From positions 3,162,001-3,226,000 of the forward strand of contig OZ059900.1 of the NCBI GenBank assembly GCA_964057225.1: a stretch of 64,000 nt of DNA, read 5' to 3'. The stretch is from Auanema rhodensis (taxonomy: Eukaryota; Animalia; Nematoda). Within the stretch, counting starts at the first letter, position 1. Each line of letters opens with the position of its first letter. Made by a program: the position numbers and the translations under genes. This document shows positions 38,143 to 51,900 of the stretch, one piece after another. The notes below the pieces were generated by a model that was not told the DNA's origin, ran no database searches, and saw only the letters and a program-made list of their open reading frames with translations.

Positions 38143-38403
38143 CTAACGCGAGAGGCAAGATATAATGTTAACTTAGAGAATTCAGAGATACAAAAAGGGG
38201 GAGGAGAAGCAAGCGTTATCTCATGCTTATTCTGCGGAGATATGCGTGGGGGATGAGTAGCCTATGAGTCATGAGTAAAAAGAGCCTTAGGTTCAACTTA
38301 CACGAATATTGATCAGTTAAAAGAGATTTATAAAGAATTATGAAGTATTAGAAAAAGATAGAGTTTTTTAAGGTTTTTTAGGAATATAGAGTGCTCAAGC
38401 ACA

Positions 38404-38408
38404 TAAAT
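38404..38408. other. Right target-site duplication TAAAT
   Basis: ...AAGCACA|TAAAT-TTCGCTC resumes the satellite in register. Confidence 0.95.
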
Positions 38409-40658
38409 TTCGCTCAAATAGCATTACTACACTAAGTATGGTCGTTTTTATGCCTTTAACACCATATACTCACCGATTTTTGGTACAAAATCTGTAATAC
38501 TCGTAAATTTTGATCATATTCGTTAAGATTTGAGAATCAAACACACAATACACAAAATCAGTCTATTTTTATGAGCTTGCACTGATATATATTCATTTTG
38601 ATCAAAAAAGATCGAAAAAAGAAAGAATTTTTGAAATTTCCGAGTTTTGAGTCCAATTTGGCTAAATCGCTCATATATATGATCAAAAGCATAGTTTTAT
38701 TGTCTATAACAACAAAAGTCATCAATTAAACGCTAGTGATGTTTAAATACTGAATTTCGCTCAAATAGCATTACTACACTAAGTATGGTCGTTTTTATGC
38801 CTTTAACACCATATACTCACCGATTTTTGGTACAAAATCTGTAATACTCGTAAATTTTGATCATATTCGTTAAGATTTGAGAATCAAACATACAATACAC
38901 AAAATCAGTCTATTTTTATGAGCTTGCACTGATATATATTCATTTTGATCAAAAAAGGTCGAAAATAGAAAGAATTTTTAAAATTTCCGAGTTTTGAGTC
39001 CAATTTGGCTAAATCGCTCATATATATGATCAAAAGCATAGTTTTATTGTCTATAACAACAAAAGTCATCAATTAAACGCTAGTGATGTTTAAATACTGA
39101 ATTTCGCTCAAATAGCATTACTACACTAAGTATGGTCGTTTTTATGCCTTTAACACCATATACTCACCGATTTTTGGTACAAAATCTGTAATACTCGTAA
39201 ATTTTGATCATATTCGTTAAGATTTGAGAATCAAACACACAATACACAAAATCAGTCTATTTTTATGAGCTTGCACTGATATATATTCATTTTGATCAAA
39301 AAAGGTCGAAAATAGAAAGAATTTTTAAAATTTCCGAGTTTTGAGTCCAATTTGGCTAAATCGCTCATATATATGATCAAAAGCATAGTTTTATTGTCTA
39401 TAACAACAAAAGTCATCAATTAAACGCTAGTGATGTTTAAATACTGAATTTCGCTCAAATAGCATTACTACACTAAGTATGGTCGTTTTTATGCCTTTAA
39501 CACCATATACTCACCGATTTTTGGTACAAAATCTGTAATACTCGTAAATTTTGATCATATTCGTTAAGATTTGAGAATCAAACATACAATACACAAAATC
39601 AGTCTATTTTTATGAGCTTGCACTGATATATATTCATTTTGATCAAAAAAGGTCGAAAATAGAAAGAATTTTTGAAATTTCCGAGTTTTGAGTCTAATTT
39701 GGCTAAATCGCTCATATATATGATCAGAAGCATAGTTTTATTGTCTATGACAACAAAAGTCATCAATTAAACGCTAGTGATGTTTAAATACTGATTTTCG
39801 CTCAAATAGCATTACTACACTAAGTATGGTCGTTTTTATGCCTTTAACACCATATACTCACCGATTTTTGGTACAAAATCTGTAATACTCGTAAATTTTG
39901 ATCATATTCGTTAAGATTTGAAAATCAAACACACAATAAACAAAATCAGTCTATTTTTTTGAGTTTGCACTGATATATATTCATTTCGATCGAAAAAGGT
40001 CAAAAATAGAAAGAATTTTTGAATTTTCCGAGTTTTGAGTCCAATTGGGCTAAATCGCTCATATATATGATGAAAAGCATAGTTTTATTGTCTATGACAA
40101 CAAAAGTCATTAATTAAACACTAATGATGTTTAAATCACTAAATTTCGCTCAAATAGCATTACTACACTAAGTATGGTCGTTTTTATGCCTTTAACACCA
40201 TATACTCACCGATTTTTGGTACAAAATCTGTAATACTCGTAAATTTTGATCATATTCGTTAAGATTTGAGAATCAAACACACAATACACAAAATCAGTCT
40301 ATTTTTATGAGCTTGCACTGATATATATTCATTTTGATCAAAAAAGATCGAAAAAAGAAAGAATTTTTGAAATTTCCGAGTTTTGAGTCCAATTTGGCTA
40401 AATCGCTCATATATATGATCAAAAGCATAGTTTTATTGTCTATAACAACAAAAGTCATCAATTAAACGCTAGTGATGTTTTAATACTGAATTTCGCTCAA
40501 ATAGCATTACTACACTAAGTATGGTCGTTTTTATGCCTTTAACACCATATACTCACCGATTTTTGGTACAAAATCTGTAATACTCGTAAATTTTGATCAT
40601 ATTCGTTAAGATTTGAGAATCAAACATACAATACACGAAATCAGTCTATTTTTATGAG
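38404..40658 (-). repeat. 347-bp satellite, block 3 (orientation B, ~6.5 monomers)
   Basis: Seamless continuation of block 2 after the TSD. Confidence 0.97.
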
Positions 40659-40663
40659 TGTTT

Positions 40664-42915
40664 GTGTTTGATTCTCAAATCTTAACAAATATGATCAAAA
40701 TTTACAAGTATTACAGATTTTGTACCAAAAATCGGTGAGTATATGGTGTTAAAGGCATAAAAACGACCATACTTAGTGTAGTAATGTAGCATCACTAGCG
40801 TTTAATTGATGACTTTTGTTGTTATAGACAATAAAACTATGCTTTTGATCATATATATGAGCGATTTAGCCAAATTGGACTCAAAACTCGGAAATTTCAA
40901 AAATTCTTTCTATTTTCGACCTTTTTTGATCAAAATGAATATATATCAGTGCAAGCTCATAAAAATAGACTGATTTTGTGTATTGTGTGTTTGATTCTCA
41001 AATCTTAACGAATATGATCAAAATTTACGAGTATTACAGATTTTGTACCAAAAATCGGTGAGTATATGGTGTTAAAGGCATAAAAACGACCATACTTAGT
41101 GTAGTAATGCTATTTGAGCGAAAATCAGTATTTAAACATCACTAGCGTTTAATTGATGACTTTTGTTGTCATAGACAATAAAACTATGCTTCTGATCATA
41201 TATATGAGCGATTTAGCCAAATTAGACTCAAAACTCGGAAATTTCAAAAATTCTTTCTATTTTCGACCTTTTTTGATCAAAATGAATATATATCAGTGCA
41301 AGCTCATAAAAATAGACTGATTTCGTGTATTGTATGTTTGATTCTCGAATCTTAACGAATATGATCAAAATTTACGAGTATTACAGATTTTGTACCAAAA
41401 ATCGGTGAGTATATGGTGTTAAAGGCATAAAAACGACCATACTTAGTGTAGTAATGCTATTTGAGCGAAATTCAGTATTTAAACATCACTAGCGTTTAAT
41501 TGATGACTTTTGTTGTTATAGACAATAAAACTATGCTTTTGATCATATATATGAGCGATTTAGCCAAATTGGACTCAAAACTCGGACATTTCCAAAATTC
41601 TTTCTATTTTCGACCTTTTTTGATCAAAATGAATATATATCAGTGCAAACTCATAAAAATAGACTGATTTTGTGTATTGTGTGTTTGATTCTCAAATCTT
41701 GACAAATATGATCAAAATTTACAAGTATTACAGATTTTGTACCAAAAATCGGTGAGTATATGGTGTTCAAGGCATAAAAACGACCATACTTAGTGTAGTA
41801 ATGCTATTTGAGCGAAATTCAGTATTAAAACATCACTAGCGTTTAATTGATGACTTTTGTTGTTATAGACAATAAAACTATGCTTTTGATCATATATATG
41901 AGCGATTCAGCCAAATTGGACTCAAAACTCGGAAATTTCAAAAATTCTTTCTATTTTCGACCTTTTTTGATCAAAATGAATATATATCAGTGCAAGCTCA
42001 TAAAAATAGACTGATTTTGTGTATTGTGTGTTTGATTCTCAAATCTTAACGAATATGATCAAAATTTACGAGTATTACAGATTTTGTACCAAAAATCGGT
42101 GAGTATATGGTGTTAAAGGCATAAAAACGACCATACTTAGTGTAGTAATGCTATTTGAGCGAAATTCAGTATTTAAACATCACTAGCGTTTAATTGATGA
42201 CTTTTGTTGTTATAGACAATAAAACTATGCTTTTGATCATATATATGAGCGATTTAGCCAAATTGGACTCAAAACTCGGACATTTCCAAAATTCTTTCTA
42301 TTTTCGACCTTTTTTGATCAAAATGAATATATATCAGTGCAAGCTCATAAAAATAGACTGATTTCGTGTTATGTATGTTTGATTCTCAAATCTTAACGAA
42401 TATGATCAAAATTTACGAGTATTACAGATTTTGTACCAAAAATCGGTGAGTATATGGTGTTAAAGGCATAAAAACGACCATACTTAGTGTAGTAATGCTA
42501 TTTGAGCGAAATTCAGTATTTAAACATCACTAGCGTTTAATTGATGACTTTTGTTATCATAGACAATAAAACTTTGCTTTTGATCATATATATGAGCGAT
42601 TTAGCCAAATTGGACTCAAAACTCGGAAATTTCAAAAATTCTTTCTATTTTCGACCTTTTTTGATCAAAATGAATATATATCAGTGCAAGCTCATAAAAA
42701 TAGACTGATTTCGTGTATTGTATGTTTGATTCTCAAATCTTAACGAATATGATCAAAATTTACGAGTATTACAGATTTTGTACCAAAAATCGGTGAGTAT
42801 ATGGTGTTAAAGGCATAAAAACGACCATACTTAGTGTAGTTATGCTATTTGAGCAAAATTCAGTATTTAAACATCACTAGCGTTTAATTGATGACTTTTG
42901 TTGTTATAGACAATA
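40664..42915 (+). repeat. 347-bp satellite, inverted block 4 (orientation A, ~6.5 monomers)
   Basis: Reads GTGTTTGATTCTCAAATC...ATAGACAATA, the reverse complement of the flanking monomers. Confidence 0.96.
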
Positions 42916-45900
42916 TTTCCGAGTTTTGAGTCTAATTTGGCTAAATCGCTCATATATATGATCAAAAGCATAGTTTCATTGTCTATAACAACAAAAGTCA
43001 TCAATTAAACGCTAGTGATGTTTAAATACTGAATTTCGCTCAAATAGCATAACTACACTAAGTATGGTCGTTTTTATGCCTTTAACACCATATACTCACC
43101 GATTTTTGGTACAAAATCTGTAATACTCGTAAATTTTGATCATATTCGTTAAGATTTGAGAATCAAACACACAATACACAAAATCAGTCAATTTTTATGA
43201 GCTTGCACTGATATATATTCATTTTGATCAAAAAAGGTCGAAAATAGAAAGAATTTTTGAAATTTCCGAGTTTTGAGTCTAATTTGGCTAAATCGCTCAT
43301 ATATATGATCAGAAGCATAGTTCTATTGTCTATGACAACAAAAATCATCAATTAAACGCTAGTGATGTTTAAATACTGAATTTCGCTCAAATAGCATTAC
43401 TACACTAAGTATGGTCGTTTTTATGCCTTTAACACCATATACTCACCGATTTTTGGTACAAAATCTGTAATACTCGTAAATTTTGATCATATTCGTTAAG
43501 ATTTGAGAATCAAACATACAATACACGAAATCAGTCTATTTTTATGAGCTTGCACTGATATATATTCATTTTGATCAAAAAAGGTCGAAAATAGAAAGAA
43601 TTTTTGAATTTTCCGAGTTTTGAGTCTAATTTGGCTAAATCGCTCATATATATGATCAAAAGCATAGTTTCATTGTCTATAACAACAAAAGTCATCAATT
43701 AAACGCTAGTGATGTTTAAATACTGATTTTCGCTCAAATAGCATTACTACACTAAGTATGGTCGTTTTTATGCCTTTAACACCATATACTCACCGATTTT
43801 TGGTACAAAATCTGTAATACTCGTAAATTTTGATCATATTCGTTAAGATTTGAGAATCAAACACACAATACACAAAATCAGTCAATTTTTATGAGCTTGC
43901 ACTGATATATATTCATTTTGATCAAAAAAGGTCGAAAATAGAAAGAATTTTTGAAATTTCCGAGTTTTGAGTCCAATTTGGCTAAATCGCTCATATATAT
44001 GATCAAAAGCATAGTTTTATTGTCTATGACAACAAAAGTCATCAATTGAACGCTAGTGATGTTTAAATACTGAATTTCACTCAAATAGCATTACTACACT
44101 AAGTATGGTCGTTTTTATGCCTTTAACACCATATACTCACCGATTTTTGGTACAAAATCTGTAATACTCGTAAATTTTGATCATATTCGTTAAGATTTGA
44201 AAATCAAACACACAATAAACAAAATCAGTCTATTTTTATGAGTTTGCACTGATATATATTCATTTTGATCAAAAAAGGTCGAAAATAGAAAGAATTTTTG
44301 AATTTTCCGAGTTTTGAGTCCAATTGGGCTAAATCGCTCATATATATGATCAAAAGCATAGTTTTACTGTCTATGATAACAAAAGTCTTCAAATATACAC
44401 TAATAATGATTTAATCACTGAATTTCACTCAAATAGCATTACTACACTAAGTATGGTCGTTTTTATGCCTTTAACACCATATACTCACCGATTTTTGGTA
44501 CAAAATCTGTGATACTCGTAAATTTTGATCATATTCGGTGAGATTCGAGGATCGAACACACAATACACGAAATAAGTTTATTTTTACGAGTTTGCACTGA
44601 TATATATTCATTTTGATCAAAAAAGGTCGAAAATAGAAAGAATTTTTGAAATTTCCGAGTTTTGAGTCTAATTTGGCTAAATCGCTCATATATATGATCA
44701 GAAGCATAGTTCTATTGTCTATGACAACAAAAATCATCAATTAAACGCTAGTGATGTTCAAATACTGATTTTCGCTCAAATAGCATTACTACACTAAGTA
44801 TGGTCGTTTTTATGCCTTTAACACCATATACTCACCGATTTTTGGTACAAAATCTGTAATACTCGTAAATTTTGATCATATTCGTTAAGATTTGAAAATC
44901 AAACACACAATAAACAAAATCAGTCTATTTTTATGAGTTTGCACTGATATATATTCATTTTGATCAAAAAAGGTCGAAAATAGAAAGAATTTTTGAATTT
45001 TCCGAGTTTTGAGTCTAATTTGGCTAAATCGCTCATATATATGATCAGAAGCATAGTTTTGTTGTCTATGACAACAAAAGTCATCAATTAAACGCTAGTG
45101 ATGTTTAAATACTGATTTTCGCTCAAATAGCATTACTACACTAAGTATGGTCGTTTTTATGCCTTTAACACCATATACTCACCGATTTTTGGTACAAAAT
45201 CTGTAATACTCGTAAATTTTGATCATATTCGTTAAGATTTGAGAATCAAACACACAATACACAAAATCAGTCTATTTTTATGAGCTTGCACTGATATATA
45301 TTCATTTTGATCAAAAAAGGTCGAAAATAGAAAGAATTTTTAAAATTTCCGAGTTTTGAGTCCAATTTGGCTAAATCGCTCATATATATGATCAAAAGCA
45401 TAGTTTTATTGTCTATAACAACAAAAGTCATCAATTAAACGCTAGTGATGTTTAAATACTGAATTTCGCTCAAATAGCATTACTACACTAAGTATGGTCG
45501 TTTTTATGCCTTTAACACCATATACTCACCGATTTTTGGTACAAAATCTGTAATACTCGTAAATTTTGATCATATTCGTTAAGATTTGAGAATCAAACAT
45601 ACAATACACAAAATCAGTCTATTTTTATGAGCTTGCACTGATATATATTCATTTTGATCAAAAAAGGTCGAAAATAGAAAGAATTTTTGAAATTTCCGAG
45701 TTTTGAGTCTAATTTGGCTAAATCGCTCATATATATGATCAGAAGCATAGTTTTATTGTCTATGACAACAAAAGTCATCAATTAAACGCTAGTGATGTTT
45801 AAATACTGATTTTCGCTCAAATAGCATTACTACACTAAGTATGGTCGTTTTTATGCCTTTAACACCATATACTCACCGATTTTTGGTACAAAATCTGTAA

Positions 45901-48900
45901 TACTCGTAAATTTTGATCATATTCGTTAAGATTTGAAAATCAAACACACAATAAACAAAATCAGTCTATTTTTTTGAGTTTGCACTGATATATATTCATT
46001 TCGATCGAAAAAGGTCAAAAATAGAAAGAATTTTTGAATTTTCCGAGTTTTGAGTCCAATTGGGCTAAATCGCTCATATATATGATCAAAAGCATAGTTT
46101 TATTGTCTATGACAACAAAAGTCATTAATTAAACACTAATGATGTTTAAATCACTAAATTTCGCTCAAATAGCATTACTACACTAAGTATGGTCGTTTTT
46201 ATGCCTTTAACACCATATACTCACCGATTTTTGGTACAAAATCTGTAATACTCGTAAATTTTGATCATATTCGTTAAGATTTGAAAATCAAACACACAAT
46301 AAACAAAATCAGTCTATTTTTATGAGTTTGCACTGATATATATTCATTTTGATCAAAAAAGGTCGAAAATAGAAAGAATTTTTGAAATTTCCGAGTTTTG
46401 AGTCCAATTGGGCTAAATCGCTCATATATATGATCAAAAGCATAGTTTTACTGTCTATGATAACAAAAGTCTTCAAATATACACTAATAATGATTTAATC
46501 ACTGAATTTCACTCAAATAGCATTACTACACTAAGTATGGTCGTTTTTATGCCTTTAACACCATATACTCACCGATTTTTGGTACAAAATCTGTGATACT
46601 CGTAAATTTTGATCATATTCGGTGAGATTCGAGGATCGAACACACAATACACGAAATAAGTTTATTTTTACGAGTTTGCACTGATATATATTCATTTTGA
46701 TCAAAAAAGGTCGAAAATAGAAAGAATTTTTGAAATTTCCGAGTTTTGAGTCTAATTTGGCTAAATCGCTCATATATATGATCAGAAGCATAGTTCTATT
46801 GTCTATGACAACAAAAATCATCAATTAAACGCTAGTGATGTTCAAATACTGATTTTCGCTCAAATAGCATTACTACACTAAGTATGGTCGTTTTTATGCC
46901 TTTAACACCATATACTCACCGATTTTTGGTACAAAATCTGTAATACTCGTAAATTTTGATCATATTCGTTAAGATTTGAAAATCAAACACACAATAAACA
47001 AAATCAGTCTATTTTTATGAGTTTGCACTGATATATATTCATTTTGATCAAAAAAGGTCGAAAATAGAAAGAATTTTTGAATTTTCCGAGTTTTGAGTCT
47101 AATTTGGCTAAATCGCTCATATATATGATCAGAAGCATAGTTTTGTTGTCTATGACAACAAAAGTCATCAATTAAACGCTAGTGATGTTTAAATACTGAT
47201 TTTCGCTCAAATAGCATTACTACACTAAGTATGGTCGTTTTTATGCCTTTAACACCATATACTCACCGATTTTTGGTACAAAATCTGTAATACTCGTAAA
47301 TTTTGATCATATTCGTTAAGATTTGAGAATCAAACACACAATACACAAAATCAGTCTATTTTTATGAGCTTGCACTGATATATATTCATTTTGATCAAAA
47401 AAGGTCGAAAATAGAAAGAATTTTTAAAATTTCCGAGTTTTGAGTCCAATTTGGCTAAATCGCTCATATATATGATCAAAAGCATAGTTTTATTGTCTAT
47501 AACAACAAAAGTCATCAATTAAACGCTAGTGATGTTTAAATACTGAATTTCGCTCAAATAGCATTACTACACTAAGTATGGTCGTTTTTATGCCTTTAAC
47601 ACCATATACTCACCGATTTTTGGTACAAAATCTGTAATACTCGTAAATTTTGATCATATTCGTTAAGATTTGAGAATCAAACATACAATACACAAAATCA
47701 GTCTATTTTTATGAGCTTGCACTGATATATATTCATTTTGATCAAAAAAGGTCGAAAATAGAAAGAATTTTTGAAATTTCCGAGTTTTGAGTCTAATTTG
47801 GCTAAATCGCTCATATATATGATCAGAAGCATAGTTTTATTGTCTATGACAACAAAAGTCATCAATTAAACGCTAGTGATGTTTAAATACTGATTTTCGC
47901 TCAAATAGCATTACTACACTAAGTATGGTCGTTTTTATGCCTTTAACACCATATACTCACCGATTTTTGGTACAAAATCTGTAATACTCGTAAATTTTGA
48001 TCATATTCGTTAAGATTTGAAAATCAAACACACAATAAACAAAATCAGTCTATTTTTTTGAGTTTGCACTGATATATATTCATTTCGATCGAAAAAGGTC
48101 AAAAATAGAAAGAATTTTTGAATTTTCCGAGTTTTGAGTCCAATTGGGCTAAATCGCTCATATATATGATCAAAAGCATAGTTTTATTGTCTATGACAAC
48201 AAAAGTCATTAATTAAACACTAATGATGTTTAAATCACTAAATTTCGCTCAAATAGCATTACTACACTAAGTATGGTCGTTTTTATGCCTCTAACACCAT
48301 ATACTCACCGATTTTTGGTACAAAATCTGTAATACTCGTAAATTTTGATCATATTCGTTAAGATTTGAGAATCAAACACACAATACACAAAATCAGTCTA
48401 TTTTTATGAGTTTGCACTGATATATATTCATTTTGATCAAAAAAGGTCGAAAATAGAAAGAATTTTGGAAATGTCCGAGTTTTGAGTCCAATTTGGCTAA
48501 ATCGCTCATATATATGATCAAAAGCATAGTTTTATTGTCTATAACAACAAAAGTCATCAATTAAACGCTAGTGATGTTTAAATACTGAATTTCGCTCAAA
48601 TAGCATTACTACACTAAGTATGGTCGTTTTTATGCCTTTAACACCATATACTCACCGATTTTTGGTACAAAATCTGTAATACTCGTAAATTTTGATCATA
48701 TTCGTTAAGATTTGAGAATCAAACATACAATACACGAAATCAGTCTATTTTTATGAGCTTGCACTGATATATATTCTTTTTGATCAAAAAAGGTCGAAAA
48801 TAGAAAGAATTTTTGAAATTTCCGAGTTTTGAGTCTAATTTGGCTAAATCGCTCATATATATGATCAGAAGCATAGTTCTATTGTCTATGACAACAAAAA

Positions 48901-51900
48901 TCATCAATTAAACGCTAGTGATGTTCAAATACTGATTTTCGCTCAAATAGCATTACTACACTAAGTATGGTCGTTTTTATGCCTTTAACACCATATACTC
49001 ACCGATTTTTGGTACAAAATCTGTAATACTCGTAAATTTTGATCATATTCGTTAAGATTTGAAAATCAAACACACAATAAACAAAATCAGTCTATTTTTA
49101 TGAGTTTGCACTGATATATATTCATTTTGATCAAAAAAGGTCGAAAATAGAAAGAATTTTTGAATTTTCCGAGTTTTGAGTCCAATTGGGCTAAATCGCT
49201 CATATATATGATCAAAAGCATAGTTTTATTGTCTATGACAACAAAAGTCATTAATTAAACACTAATGATGTTTAAATCACTAAATTTTGCTCAAATAGCA
49301 TTACTACACTAAGTATGGTCGTTTTTATGCCTCTAACACCATATACTCACCGATTTTTGGTACAAAATCTGTAATACTCGTAAATTTTGATCATATTCGT
49401 TAAGATTTGAGAATCAAACACACAATACACAAAATCAGTCTATTTTTATGAGTTTGCACTGATATATATTCATTTTGATCAAAAAAGGTCGAAAATAGAA
49501 AGAATTTTGGAAATGTCCGAGTTTTGAGTCCAATTTGGCTAAATCGCTCATATATATGATCAAAAGCATAGTTTTATTGTCTATAACAACAAAAGTCATC
49601 AATTAAACGCTAGTGATGTTTAAATACTGAATTTCGCTCAAATAGCATTACTACACTAAGTATGGTCGTTTTTATGCCTTTAACACCATATACTCACCGA
49701 TTTTTGGTACAAAATCTGTAATACTCGTAAATTTTGATCATATTCGTTAAGATTTGAGAATCAAACATACAATACACGAAATCAGTCTATTTTTATGAGC
49801 TTGCACTGATATATATTCTTTTTGATCAAAAAAGGTCGAAAATAGAAAGAATTTTTGAAATTTCCGAGTTTTGAGTCTAACTTGGCTAAATCGCTCATAT
49901 ATATGATCAGAAGCATAGTTTTGTTGTCTATGACAACAAAAGTCATCAATTAAACGCTAGTGATGTTTAAATACTGATTTTCGCTCAAATAGCATTACTA
50001 CACTAAGTATGGTCGTTTTTATGCCTTTAACACCATATACTCACCGATTTTTGGTACAAAATCTGTAATACTCGTAAATTTTGATCATATTCGTTAAGAT
50101 TTGAGAATCAAACACACAATACACAAAATCAGTCTATTTTTATGAGCTTGCACTGATATATATTCATTTTGATCAAAAAAGGTCGAAAATAGAAAGAATT
50201 TTTAAAATTTCCGAGTTTTGAGTCCAATTTGGCTAAATCGCTCATATATATGATCAAAAGCATAGTTTTATTGTCTATAACAACAAAAGTCATCAATTAA
50301 ACGCTAGTGATGTTTAAATACTGAATTTCGCTCAAATAGCATTACTACACTAAGTATGGTCGTTTTTATGCCTTTAACACCATATACTCACCGATTTTTG
50401 GTACAAAATCTGTAATACTCGTAAATTTTGATCATATTCGTTAAGATTTGAGAATCAAACATACAATACACGAAATCAGTCTATTTTTATGAGTTTGCAC
50501 TGATATATATTCATTTTGATCAAAAAAGGTCGAAAATAGAAAGAATTTTTGAATTTTCCGAGTTTTGAGTCCAATTGGGCTAAATCGCTCATATATATGA
50601 TCAAAAGCATAGTTTTATTGTCTATGACAACAAAAGTCATTAATTAAACACTAATGATGTTTAAATCACTAAATTTTGCTCAAATAGCATTACTACACTA
50701 AGTATGGTCGTTTTTATGCCTCTAACACCATATACTCACCGATTTTTGGTACAAAATCTGTAATACTCGTAAATTTTGATCATATTCGTTAAGATTTGAG
50801 AATCAAACACACAATACACAAAATCAGTCTATTTTTATGAGTTTGCACTGATATATATTCATTTTGATCAAAAAAGGTCGAAAATAGAAAGAATTTTGGA
50901 AATGTCCGAGTTTTGAGTCCAATTTGGCTAAATCGCTCATATATATGATCAAAAGCATAGTTTTATTGTCTATAACAACAAAAGTCATCAATTAAACGCT
51001 AGTGATGTTCAAATACTGAATTTCACTCAAATAGCATTACTACACTAAGTATGGTCGTTTTTATGCCTTTAACACCATATACTCACCGATTTTTGGTACA
51101 AAATCTGTAATACTCGTAAATTTTGATCATATTCGTTAAGATTTGAGAATCAAACATACAATACACGAAATCAGTCTATTTTTATGAGCTTGCACTGATA
51201 TATATTCTTTTTGATCAAAAAAGGTCGAAAATAGAAAGAATTTTTGAAATTTCCGAGTTTTGAGTCTAATTTGGCTAAATCGCTCATATATATGATCAGA
51301 AGCATAGTTCTATTGTCTATGACAACAAAAATCATCAATTAAACGCTAGTGATGTTCAAATACTGATTTTCGCTCAAATAGCATTACTACACTAAGTATG
51401 GTCGTTTTTATGCCTTTAACACCATATACTCACCGATTTTTGGTACAAAATCTGTAATACTCGTAAATTTTGATCATATTCGTTAAGATTTGAAAATCAA
51501 ACACACAATAAACAAAATCAGTCTATTTTTATGAGTTTGCACTGATATATATTCATTTTGATCAAAAAAGGTCGAAAATAGAAAGAATTTTTGAATTTTC
51601 TGAGTTTTGAGTCTAATTTGGCTAAATCGCTCATATATATGATCAGAAGCATAGTTTTGTTGTCTATGACAACAAAAGTCATCAATTAAACGCTAGTGAT
51701 GTTTAAATACTGATTTTCGCTCAAATAGCATTACTACACTAAGTATGGTCGTTTTTATGCCTTTAACACCATATACTCACCGATTTTTGGTACAAAATCT
51801 GTAATACTTGTAAATTTTGATCATATTTGTTAAGATTTGAGAATCAAACACACAAGACACAAAATCAGTCTATTTTTATGAGTTTGCACTGATATATATT

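Larger units (their letters stand above)
29247..38403 (-). mobile_element. Full-length BEL/Pao (Belpaoviridae) LTR retrotransposon / endogenous virus with env, 9157 bp
   Basis: Two 450-bp direct repeats with TG...CA termini, 5-bp TSD TAAAT, PBS next to the 5' LTR, single ORF with domain order Gag-PR-RT-RH-IN-Env, and the triple Cys/His knuckle typical of BEL/Pao. Confidence 0.97.
37954..38403 (-). repeat. 5' LTR (450 bp)
   Basis: Element sense TGTGCTTGAGCAC...GGCGCAAAACA, followed by the PBS; direct repeat of 29247-29696 at offset 8707. Confidence 0.97.

Noticed and set aside
38404-42915. Inverted island as a fold-back copy of the equally long (~2.25 kb) block between LTR and junction
   Set aside because: Diagnostic variants (e.g. 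the TTTCGATCG monomer at ~39986) are not mirrored in the island, so the equal length looks coincidental.
2598-42925. Telomere-repeat addition at array junctions
   Set aside because: No TTAGGC or TTAGGG runs seen at any junction.
43878-46824. 68- and 89-aa ORFs in the right array
   Set aside because: Same satellite-derived frames; useful only as duplication markers.
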